From Bacteroidota bacterium (GTDB lineage Bacteria > Bacteroidota > Bacteroidia > Bacteroidales > DYOH01), in assembly GCA_020048155.1 (NCBI GenBank), contig JAIFMY010000056.1:10768-74767 (forward strand): a stretch of DNA of 64,000 bases, read 5' to 3'. The position numbers were made by a program, and so were the translations under genes. Below the pieces are notes generated by a model. The model was not told the DNA's origin. It searched no databases and worked only from the letters and a program-made list of their open reading frames with translations. Each line of letters begins with the position of its first letter. Position 1 is the first letter of the stretch. Positions 28,621-37,414 of the stretch are shown one piece after another.

Positions 28621-29283
28621 ATGAAAAAAACTAAACTCCTACTATTTGTTACTATAGTAACTGCAGTACTTACATTACAATGTGAAGAAGCTCTCGAAGC
28701 TTGTTTTTCAGTTGAATACCCATATTATGAGCCCAATGAAGCAGTTCGGTTCGACAACTGCTCCAACGGCGCAGACAGCTACTTGTGGGACTTTGGTGAT
28801 GGATACCAATCGACCGCACAGTTTCCTGTTCACTCATATTCTACCTTCGGAAATTATACTGTAACCCTGGTTGCAAAAAACGGAAACTACGATGATATGG
28901 TGCGCGAAACCGTTGTTGTAAATCTTCCAACACAACTTGAGATAATAATATATTTTGAAGGTACTTCCAATCTAGTGCCAGACTGCGATGTCATTCTGTA
29001 TCCCACCTTTGCTGATTGGGAAAATGATACCAACAGACTTATTGCGGGAAAAACAGATGCATACGGACGTATTGTATTTACAAGTTATGAGAAATCAGGA
29101 TTTGTACTCACATCTCGCGAATATTTTGTATATGCCTCAAAACCAGACAATTCAGGTAGCGGGCATTATAGCAATTTCAACCTGCCCAATATGACTCCAC
29201 GATTGCTTATGAATGCACTCAACTCAACTAACTTTTATATTCAGTTTCAGTTGAATAAAAAATCTCAAAGAACAATCAATTAA
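28621..29283 (+). CDS. PKD-domain lipoprotein or secreted protein
   Basis: FDNCSNGADSYLWDFGDGYQSTAQFPVHSYSTFGNYTVTLVAKN is a canonical PKD repeat. Confidence 0.7.
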   Translation: MKKTKLLLFVTIVTAVLTLQCEEALEACFSVEYPYYEPNEAVRFDNCSNGADSYLWDFGDGYQSTAQFPVHSYSTFGNYTVTLVAKNGNYDDMVRETVVVNLPTQLEIIIYFEGTSNLVPDCDVILYPTFADWENDTNRLIAGKTDAYGRIVFTSYEKSGFVLTSREYFVYASKPDNSGSGHYSNFNLPNMTPRLLMNALNSTNFYIQFQLNKKSQRTIN

Positions 29284-29305
29284 ATAGAAACAATAATAAT
29301 AAACC

Positions 29306-30181
29306 ATGAAAATCAAATTCTTAATACTAGCTTGCTTTGCTATTATTACATTTTCTGCAAAAAGCCAGACAGATTCTGTATCGTACTGGACATATGGAGG
29401 TGCAGGTGCCCTCAACTTTTCTCAAGTTTCACTCACTAATTGGGCTGCCGGTGGACAAAATTCTATGGCTACCAATGGTTTGGTAAACCTTTTTGCCAAA
29501 TATGCAAAAAATAATATTACTTGGGACAACACTCTAGACCTAGGCTACGGTATTATAAAACAAGGTGAAGCCAATTTTATTAAAAGTGATGACAAAGTTG
29601 ACCTTTCTTCAAAATTTGGTCACAAAGCAGCCGAAAGATGGTTTTATACTGCACTTTTCAATTTTAAAACACAGATGGACGATGGTTACAATTATCCGAA
29701 CGATTCTGTTGTCATTTCTACCCTATTGGCTCCAGCTTATATACTTTATTCTTTAGGTATGGATTATAAACCATCTGCAAATTTTACTTTATTCGTATCA
29801 CCAGCCACAGGTAAAACTACCCTGGTAATGGATGAAACTTTGAGTAATGCAGGTGCTTTTGGCTTAGAAGCTGGTAAAAAATCGAGAACAGAGATTGGTG
29901 GTTTCCTGAAAATGGCATACAAAAGAGAAGTGATGACCAATATTTCTTTCGAAACTAAGATAGATCTGTTCTCAAATTACATCAACAATCCTCAAAACGT
30001 GGATGTAAATTGGGAGGCACTGCTCGTAATGAAAGTAAATAAATACATAGTGGCAACCCTCAACACTGTAGTACTTTACGACGATGATGTAGACATTTTG
30101 GTTGATGAAAAAACAGGAAAAAAAGGCCCCCGGGTTCAGTTTAAAGAACTTTTTGGACTTGGACTTTCGTATAAATTTTAA
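29306..30181 (+). CDS. DUF3078 outer-membrane beta-barrel protein
   Basis: Signal peptide, then WTYGGAGALNFSQVSLTNWAAGGQNS, which is the DUF3078 signature. The protein ends LGLSYKF. Confidence 0.65.
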   Translation: MKIKFLILACFAIITFSAKSQTDSVSYWTYGGAGALNFSQVSLTNWAAGGQNSMATNGLVNLFAKYAKNNITWDNTLDLGYGIIKQGEANFIKSDDKVDLSSKFGHKAAERWFYTALFNFKTQMDDGYNYPNDSVVISTLLAPAYILYSLGMDYKPSANFTLFVSPATGKTTLVMDETLSNAGAFGLEAGKKSRTEIGGFLKMAYKREVMTNISFETKIDLFSNYINNPQNVDVNWEALLVMKVNKYIVATLNTVVLYDDDVDILVDEKTGKKGPRVQFKELFGLGLSYKF

Positions 30182-30285
30182 ACAGACTTGAAGTTTACAG
30201 AATAATTCATTAAATTAACCCTTGATTTTTCTAACACATCATAGTATTGTATAACTTCGCTCAATAATAATAAATACCGGAAAAA

Positions 30286-32043
30286 ATGAAGAAATTTGCC
30301 ATCTTAACAGGTATTGCTTTGCTTGTTGGATTCACCCGACTTTTTGCACAGGAACCTCTTAAACACGAAGCAAAATGGTATATTGCCCCCGATAGTACAT
30401 TTTATGTAAACCGCTCGCTGGGTTTTTACTTCTGGTTATCAAATTCGCCCGACCAAAATGCTCCGGCTCATTTAATAACTAGTAAACGGAGTAAAGCCTA
30501 TGTTAATCCTTTCTATTTCGATAGCGATGGTATGAACACCATTCGCACTCCTTGGGAAGTTGATAAAATAACCAAAAAAGTTATTGAGCCAAAACGCGAT
30601 ATTATATTTGAAATATATGCAGATGGCACAGCTCCTGTGACACAAGCCAATATGAAAGAAGCTCAAAAATTCGTAAAAGGCAATAGCACCTTTTACGGCA
30701 AAGGCCTCGAAATGGAACTTGTTTCGCGCGATGGTGTGAGTGGGATTGAAAAAATATATTATTCGGTAAATCAAGCCACATATATACCCTACACCAAACC
30801 TATTGAGTTTGATAAAGATGGCGATTATACCCTCAAATTTTATGCTGTAGATAATGTTGGAAATGCAGAAACCCCCAAAACATTGCAATTTTCAGTAGAT
30901 GCCAGCGCACCTGTGACCAAATTGGAAACTGATGGAGTAGTGCAGGGGTCAGTATACTCACCCAACACTAAAATCAAACTGGTAAGTACCGATTCTAAAT
31001 CTGGCGTAAAAGCTACCTACTATTCTATTGATGGTAAACCTGCTCAAATATTCTCTGCCCCCATTCCTGTTAAACAATTTGCAAGTGGGGAACATACTTT
31101 TATTTTTTATGCCGTTGACAATGTGGGAAATAATAATGCCAACAATGAAGGCATTGACCGTGAAATGGATGTTTTGGGAAAAATTGATTTCAATATTGAC
31201 AATACAGCCCCAACTGTAGAATACAATTTTGAAGGAGATATTTTTAAAGGTACCTACACATATGTATCTCCGCGCAGCAAAATGGTTATTACTGCCAACG
31301 ACGAATCAGGCATAGAAAGTACTAAATACGGTATTAATGCCGGAACAGAAACAGTGTACTCATCACCTTTTACCCTTGGCGAAACCAATGGTATTAAAAA
31401 CATCACTTTTCAGGCTAAGGATAATCTGTCGAACACTTCGGCTTTGCGCTCTGTAGTGGTTTTCTTGGATGCTAACGCACCTAGCAGTGGCATACGATTT
31501 GGAAATCCTCAGTTCTTCAACCGTGATACTTTGTTTGTAAACAGTTCAACACCCATTACTCTATTTGCCAACGACAATGAATCAGGGGTCCTGAAAACTG
31601 AATATTCAATAAACAATAGTTCTTACCAAACATATAGTTCAGCAGTAAATATTGCAAACCACGGGTACCAAACCATCACGTTCAAAAGTACCGACAAAGT
31701 GAACAATGTAGAGGTTGAAAAGCAAAGCTTTTGTATGGTAGACAACCAACCGCCGGTTATATATATCAACTTCAGCATTGCACCGGTAGGCACACAAAAC
31801 AACCTGAATATGTATCCGGCTTATTCACAAATTTATATAGCTGCAACCGACCAAAATAGTGGTACCGAAAGGATATATTATTCCATAAACAATAGTCCTA
31901 AAGCAGTTTATAATAGTGCCAAAGAATTGGCAGACAAAGGTTTGTTTCAGAAAGAAGGTCTTTATAATATCAAAGTTTGGGCAGTTGACAAACTCGGAAA
32001 TGAGAGCGAAAAATCAATTGAGTTTTATATCACTAAAAAGTAA
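30286..32043 (+). CDS. Secreted protein with five tandem Ig-like (chitobiase C-terminal / OmpL47-type) repeats
   Basis: The repeat signature G[IV].x[IT]xY[SG][IV]N...Y...........Y...F.A.D..GN occurs five times (IEKIYYSVN, VKATYYSID, IESTKYGIN, LKTEYSINN, TERIYYSIN). Confidence 0.6.
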   Translation: MKKFAILTGIALLVGFTRLFAQEPLKHEAKWYIAPDSTFYVNRSLGFYFWLSNSPDQNAPAHLITSKRSKAYVNPFYFDSDGMNTIRTPWEVDKITKKVIEPKRDIIFEIYADGTAPVTQANMKEAQKFVKGNSTFYGKGLEMELVSRDGVSGIEKIYYSVNQATYIPYTKPIEFDKDGDYTLKFYAVDNVGNAETPKTLQFSVDASAPVTKLETDGVVQGSVYSPNTKIKLVSTDSKSGVKATYYSIDGKPAQIFSAPIPVKQFASGEHTFIFYAVDNVGNNNANNEGIDREMDVLGKIDFNIDNTAPTVEYNFEGDIFKGTYTYVSPRSKMVITANDESGIESTKYGINAGTETVYSSPFTLGETNGIKNITFQAKDNLSNTSALRSVVVFLDANAPSSGIRFGNPQFFNRDTLFVNSSTPITLFANDNESGVLKTEYSINNSSYQTYSSAVNIANHGYQTITFKSTDKVNNVEVEKQSFCMVDNQPPVIYINFSIAPVGTQNNLNMYPAYSQIYIAATDQNSGTERIYYSINNSPKAVYNSAKELADKGLFQKEGLYNIKVWAVDKLGNESEKSIEFYITKK

Positions 32044-32085
32044 ATTTCGAACTTAAATATTCTTTCAGTTAGAAAAAAAACATAG

Positions 32086-32118
32086 CAACTGCATCCTCAA
32101 AAGGTGCAGTTGTTTTTT
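32086..32118 (+). terminator. Intrinsic terminator
   Basis: CAACTGCA (32086-32093) pairs with TGCAGTTG (32105-32112) and is followed by TTTTTT. Confidence 0.65.
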
Positions 32119-32199
32119 ATATATTCTATTGAATGAAAATTGAAATTTTCATTCAATAAACGCAAACCATCATCAAAGAAAAAATTGCTTCAACTAAAT

Positions 32200-33555
32200 T
32201 TATTCAAAATTGAGCCTTTTGCGTGTAAAGTAATAAAAACGGGCAGTCTGCAAAATAGCAGCCGTAAAAATGCCAACCATAAACCCAAACCACACACCGC
32301 TGGCTTTATAATCGAGCCATACACCAAAAAAATAACATGCAGGTAGCATAACAATCCAATAAGTTATCATAGTAAAAAGTGTGGGCTTATTTACATCCTC
32401 TAAACCACGAAGTATACCCAACGAGACTACCTGGATGCCATCAAATATCTGAAAAAGAGCCACAATTAGCAATATGGGAATAGTAAGTGCTTGTACATTT
32501 GTATCTGAAATGAAAATCGATGGAATATAGCCTCGTAAAAAATAAATTGCAATCCCAAAAATCAACATCACCGATGTAGCCAAAACATACGAAACTTCTG
32601 AAGCACGCAGAATATTCAGATACTCACGTCGTCCACGATAATAACTCACCCGAATGGTAGCAGCGCTTGAAATACCATGAGCCAACATAAAAGTAAGACT
32701 GGCTATATTCATAGCTATCTGATGGGCAGCAAAATAATTGCTGCCAAAAGTACCTATAAGTATAGCAGCTACAGAAAAAACCGTAATTTCAAGTACCCAT
32801 TGCAATCCTATTGGTGCCCCCAATTTGAGCAAATCCAGCAATTTGCTCCAACGCATTCTCACAGTCTTCATGCTTATAAGATACCCCCTGAAACGTTTAT
32901 TGGTATACAAATACACCACCATAAACAGCAACATAAGCACACGCGAAAGAAAAGTAGACAACCCTGCACCCTCCGTTCCCAAAGCAGGAAAACCGAATTT
33001 GCCGAATATAAAAACATAATTGCCCAAGATATTGAGCAAATTGGCAATCAATATCATAAACATACCGGGTTTAGTAAGCGCAAAACCCTCAATAAAATGC
33101 TTCATATTGGCAAAAATGAGATACGGAATAGTAGAAAGTATAAGATAAATATAGTACATACGAGCCTCCGCTATTACCTCAGGTTCTTGCTGCATATAGT
33201 CAAACAAATAATAAATTGTGGCGTTTAGTATGAATATAACCGATGAAATAGCCAAACTAAAAAGCACTCCGGCTATGAATAATTGATCAATTGCTTTTTT
33301 ATTATTTTCGCCAAGTGCGCGGCTCACCAAAGTTGTAACACCACTTAAAGCACCTATGCCAAAAATAAAAAAAATGATATTGATAGAATTGGAAAACGAA
33401 ACGGCTGCCAATGCTGTACTTCCCAAACTACCCACCATGAGCGTATCAGCTATTGAGGCAGCCATATGCCCGGCTTGCCCAATTACAATAGGCAACGATA
33501 TGCGTACATGACTGAATGTGTGATACTTAAAACTATCTGGTTTTGCAGTTTTCAT
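32200..33555 (-). CDS. MATE family efflux transporter
   Basis: 451 aa with about 12 TM helices and the typical MATE N-terminus (PIVIGQAGHMAASIADTLMVG). Confidence 0.85.
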   Translation of the reverse strand: MKTAKPDSFKYHTFSHVRISLPIVIGQAGHMAASIADTLMVGSLGSTALAAVSFSNSINIIFFIFGIGALSGVTTLVSRALGENNKKAIDQLFIAGVLFSLAISSVIFILNATIYYLFDYMQQEPEVIAEARMYYIYLILSTIPYLIFANMKHFIEGFALTKPGMFMILIANLLNILGNYVFIFGKFGFPALGTEGAGLSTFLSRVLMLLFMVVYLYTNKRFRGYLISMKTVRMRWSKLLDLLKLGAPIGLQWVLEITVFSVAAILIGTFGSNYFAAHQIAMNIASLTFMLAHGISSAATIRVSYYRGRREYLNILRASEVSYVLATSVMLIFGIAIYFLRGYIPSIFISDTNVQALTIPILLIVALFQIFDGIQVVSLGILRGLEDVNKPTLFTMITYWIVMLPACYFFGVWLDYKASGVWFGFMVGIFTAAILQTARFYYFTRKRLNFE

Positions 33556-33675
33556 CTTATAAAGGTCAATTTTATATCTTTAATATCAAAACTGCAGTAT
33601 TATTTGTTATTTGTATAAAAAAAAGTAAATTGTGATAGATAAAAATAACTCTAAAACTAAGGTTAAAAAATATTC

Positions 33676-35694
33676 GTGCAAGCATATAATTCATATAATC
33701 AGCTAGTTGAGTCGATAGAAAAAATTGAGGAGTGCTTAGAAAAATATGACTTTCAGCAAGTAAGTTTGCTTATAGTTGAAGTACGTCAAAATATAAAACT
33801 ATATACAGATTCTCACGAAAGTATTGAGTTGATAAGATACAGGTATTATGAAATAGAAGCGCGTTTGGCACATTGGAAAGGCCATTACCGCGAGGCTCTA
33901 GAATTTGCCGAAAGTATGTTTATGGCAGCGTTTTCTATGAATAATCTGAAGTTGCAAGCCGAAGCAAGGTACAGAACAGGTACCGAATTGGAGCGGCTTG
34001 GCAGATACGATGATAGCATAGTTAAATTGAACTTAGCACTTGAGTATTTTCTAAAAAAGGATGATTTCAAACAAATAGCATCTATGTATGTAGCCCTTGG
34101 AATTACCATTTTCTCGAAGGGTTACTATGCTACTTCCATCGAGTATTATTTGTTGGCAATAAAATATGCACAACCCGGAAATTATATTGAAGAGTTGGCT
34201 CATGCTTACATGAATATGGGAGTGTCAAAACGTTTTCTGGGCAAATACGATGAATCGCTGGATGCATTTCTGGTTGCGCAGGAAATTTTTGAAAAACTAA
34301 ATCATCAACCACAAATAGCAAGGGTGCTCAATAATATAGGTCTGGCACTATCACACAAAGGTGCCCACGATGCATCGCTTGAACTGTTCAGAAAAGCCAT
34401 TTCTATAGACGATGAGATAGGAGACAGGGTAAATAAGGCCAATCACCTGAATAATCTTGGTCTTACCTACGAGGCTAAGGGTGAATATGACATAGCTTTG
34501 GACTACTATTTACAATCGCTCAGCATCGACGAGGAATTGCAGGATCTTCCGCGCCTCTCTATAAGTCTGAATAATATTGGCAGCATTCTGGCTACCAAAG
34601 GCGATTATAATGAAGCGCTCGAATACTACAATCGCGCGATAGAAATAAACCTGAGCATCGAAGACAAAGTGGGAATTTCGTTCACATACAGAAATCTAGG
34701 AAACTTGTACTTCTTTATGGATAGCTATGAAAAAAGTGAAGAATACTACATCATGGCACTCCGAATAGATTCTGAGCTAAACGACCAGCTGGCTATAGCC
34801 AACTCTTACAACAACCTTGGAAATGTGAAAAGCGCTATCAACCAGTTAGACGAAGCCATGGACTACTTCAACCTGGCCAATAAAATAATTGAAAACTCAC
34901 CCGATGACCTCAGTTATGCTGCTATTTTCAACAACATAGGTAATATTATGTTTAGCAATAGTATGTATAACGAGGCTGAGGAATACTACAAAAAAGCACT
35001 TGATATAAATACCAGACTCAACGACAAGGTAGGCCAAGCAATGAATTACAACAACCTGGCCTCGGTAAACGAAAGCCGCAATAATTTTGATAAAGCCATA
35101 GAGTATTATCAGAAAGCGCTGCTTCTGGATTTGAATATTCACGACAAAAACACGCTCATTACCAGATATGAGAACCTGGCAAATGCCTATTTTCATAAAC
35201 GTGATTATGAACAAGCTCACGCATACTATATTAAAGCCCGCGACTTGGCTTTGGATGGGAAGATGGATAAACGCTTAGCGCAAATTTACAACCGCATTGG
35301 AAATACCTTCTTGAACGAAAACAACTTCATTGATGCTATGCTAGCGTATAAAAAATCGCTGCAAATCAATCAGAATTTAGAACTGGATGAGGCCATTGCT
35401 ATGAATTTTTTCAACATGGCTATCGTTTTTCTAAAAATGGAAGAATATACCAACTCAATTCATAAATTGCAACAAGCCAGAGATTTGTATGAAAAGCTAT
35501 CTCTTATGGATGAATGGGCTGATTGTAACTACCTGATAGGTATAACATTCTATACTCAAAAGGAATTTACCTATGCCCTACTCTACCTCTCCAAGGCTCA
35601 AGATTATCTAAAATCGAAAGGGTATCCTTCGAAATCGGTCGATGATACAATTATGGAAATTACTAAACTCATAAATAGCGAATCTCGAAGATAA
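33676..35694 (+). CDS. Cytoplasmic TPR-repeat protein (40-residue TPR_12-like units)
   Basis: 672 aa with no signal peptide. At least ten consecutive 40-aa units have the pattern A..[YL]NN[IL]G..Y...G.Y..AL.YY..AL.I...L.D. The track start at 33676 is a GTG codon. Confidence 0.8.
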   Translation: MQAYNSYNQLVESIEKIEECLEKYDFQQVSLLIVEVRQNIKLYTDSHESIELIRYRYYEIEARLAHWKGHYREALEFAESMFMAAFSMNNLKLQAEARYRTGTELERLGRYDDSIVKLNLALEYFLKKDDFKQIASMYVALGITIFSKGYYATSIEYYLLAIKYAQPGNYIEELAHAYMNMGVSKRFLGKYDESLDAFLVAQEIFEKLNHQPQIARVLNNIGLALSHKGAHDASLELFRKAISIDDEIGDRVNKANHLNNLGLTYEAKGEYDIALDYYLQSLSIDEELQDLPRLSISLNNIGSILATKGDYNEALEYYNRAIEINLSIEDKVGISFTYRNLGNLYFFMDSYEKSEEYYIMALRIDSELNDQLAIANSYNNLGNVKSAINQLDEAMDYFNLANKIIENSPDDLSYAAIFNNIGNIMFSNSMYNEAEEYYKKALDINTRLNDKVGQAMNYNNLASVNESRNNFDKAIEYYQKALLLDLNIHDKNTLITRYENLANAYFHKRDYEQAHAYYIKARDLALDGKMDKRLAQIYNRIGNTFLNENNFIDAMLAYKKSLQINQNLELDEAIAMNFFNMAIVFLKMEEYTNSIHKLQQARDLYEKLSLMDEWADCNYLIGITFYTQKEFTYALLYLSKAQDYLKSKGYPSKSVDDTIMEITKLINSESRR

Positions 35695-35744
35695 ATCAAA
35701 ATACATCGCAGATTGCTATTAACAGTATACATATAAAATCAAAA

Positions 35745-35777
35745 ACCCGGCAGTATCTATTTTACTGTCGGGTTTTG
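35745..35777. terminator. Bidirectional hairpin terminator
   Basis: ACCCGGCAGTA (35745-35755) pairs with TACTGTCGGGT (35763-35773). It is flanked by A5 upstream and TTTTG downstream. Confidence 0.65.
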
Positions 35778-35809
35778 TGCAAATATCAAAACTTGGAATT
35801 CAACCCAAA

Positions 35810-37210
35810 TTATTTTACGTGTGTGGTTTCAAGTACTATGAGTGCAACCGATTTGCTATTGCTCTTGGCACTAAAACCAATTGTACCATCTGCCGAAAAG
35901 CTAATATCAGATGGGTCTACCACTTTTCCAGCCAGAGCGCTGGTTACCTTTTGAACAAAAGTTCCGGATTTCTGCGATTCTATGTTAGCGTTTATTTGTT
36001 GAAGATTGAGTAACTCGCGCGAATAAATGACGCACAATACATCAGTTCCTATTGTATTGTCCATTTCTATATAATGTTCCTCGTCGGGAATGGCTACCTC
36101 ATTGCTACTATAAGTGAGGGCAGGACTAAGCCCCGGCTTGTGCGGAAATACCTGAAACACCTTGCTCGTTTGGTCGCTTCCAATGGCGTACACAAATGCA
36201 GGCTGATTGTTAGTAATGTATATCCTGAAACGAGTACCCGAACGGTATGGCTTGTTCATTTTATATACATTGCCGGTAAGAGTAGCCTTCATATCACTTC
36301 CATTGTTTTCAACCAATCGCAGGGTGCCACTCAGGTCTACTTTGCCCGGAACCGAACCCGGAATTTCTATCAACTCATAAGCATATTTTGTAAAATTTGC
36401 AAAGTCGCTATACTTTACCCATATGTAACCATCGTTGCCCCACTCGGTACCCCAACTGTTCTGAATTTCAAATGCGCCGCCGTACATACTATTGTCGTAG
36501 CCAATTACACACATGGCATGTCCACCAAAAGACTGTGTATAATCTTCCGTTGGATTCCACACCCCTTTGCAATAGTAAAACGAGTTTGGAACATTCATTC
36601 CAATAACAACAGGTTTGCCTTCAGACAAACTTTTTTTCACTGATTCTATCTTAAAATTATTCTGATCATCCATTTCGAATAACTTGGCATAATCTTGAAT
36701 TCTGTATGTTTCAGCTTTTGAGTATACCGCAGGGCTTATGTAGGTAGGGCAATTGTCGTTCATATCTGTAAATAGAGGTACACCTTTGTCCATCATGAGC
36801 TGTAGGGCATCATCTATATATGCTCCCCATTGGCAAGACTCATCGGTCGACGATTTGATGTGTTGGTATACATATCCCGGTGAAAAAGCCTGTTGGGTGA
36901 TGGCTTGTCTATCGGTGATTCCATTTTGTTTGGCAAATGCAATGGTGCGAGCGGCATATGCACTCGACCAGCCCACACAAGTACCATATTGACCTTGGCT
37001 AAGCGGGTATGGTGCATAGTCTTTCAGACTTGCGGCTGTAGGGAGGCTGTTTCCGTATGCGCGCGAAAGCAACATAACTTTGGTTGGCGATTGGTTGTAC
37101 TTCGAATCGCTAAACATCATTCCGGTTTGGTATGGCTGAGCAAATAACCATTGGAAGGAGACGGTAAAAATAAAAAGGAAGAAAAATATTTTTTTCATTC
37201 TCTGAGTCAA
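35810..37210 (-). CDS. Secreted papain-family (C1) cysteine peptidase with a C-terminal DUF4384-like domain
   Basis: Signal peptide present. The catalytic motifs are QGQYGTCVGWS (Cys), GGHAMCVIGYD (His) and QNSWG (Asn). The C-terminal roughly 170 aa (YRSGTRFRIYITNNQPAFVYAIGSDQTSKVFQVFP) resemble DUF4384. Confidence 0.8.
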   Translation of the reverse strand: MTQRMKKIFFFLFIFTVSFQWLFAQPYQTGMMFSDSKYNQSPTKVMLLSRAYGNSLPTAASLKDYAPYPLSQGQYGTCVGWSSAYAARTIAFAKQNGITDRQAITQQAFSPGYVYQHIKSSTDESCQWGAYIDDALQLMMDKGVPLFTDMNDNCPTYISPAVYSKAETYRIQDYAKLFEMDDQNNFKIESVKKSLSEGKPVVIGMNVPNSFYYCKGVWNPTEDYTQSFGGHAMCVIGYDNSMYGGAFEIQNSWGTEWGNDGYIWVKYSDFANFTKYAYELIEIPGSVPGKVDLSGTLRLVENNGSDMKATLTGNVYKMNKPYRSGTRFRIYITNNQPAFVYAIGSDQTSKVFQVFPHKPGLSPALTYSSNEVAIPDEEHYIEMDNTIGTDVLCVIYSRELLNLQQINANIESQKSGTFVQKVTSALAGKVVDPSDISFSADGTIGFSAKSNSKSVALIVLETTHVK

Positions 37211-37414
37211 ATTTATTTATAATAGATTGATTTTAAAACAATTGATTCATCTGGAAATTTTCAGAATGCTTGCAACTGTACTAGTAGTAGTGGAGGGAAA
37301 ACAAGTAAGGTTGCCACTGCCATCAGTTAAACGGTTTTGGCTTAAAATGACAACCTTACATTTTGAATATTAACAATATAGCAAAACATTTCTCAAATGA
37401 GAATGCCTTTTGAT

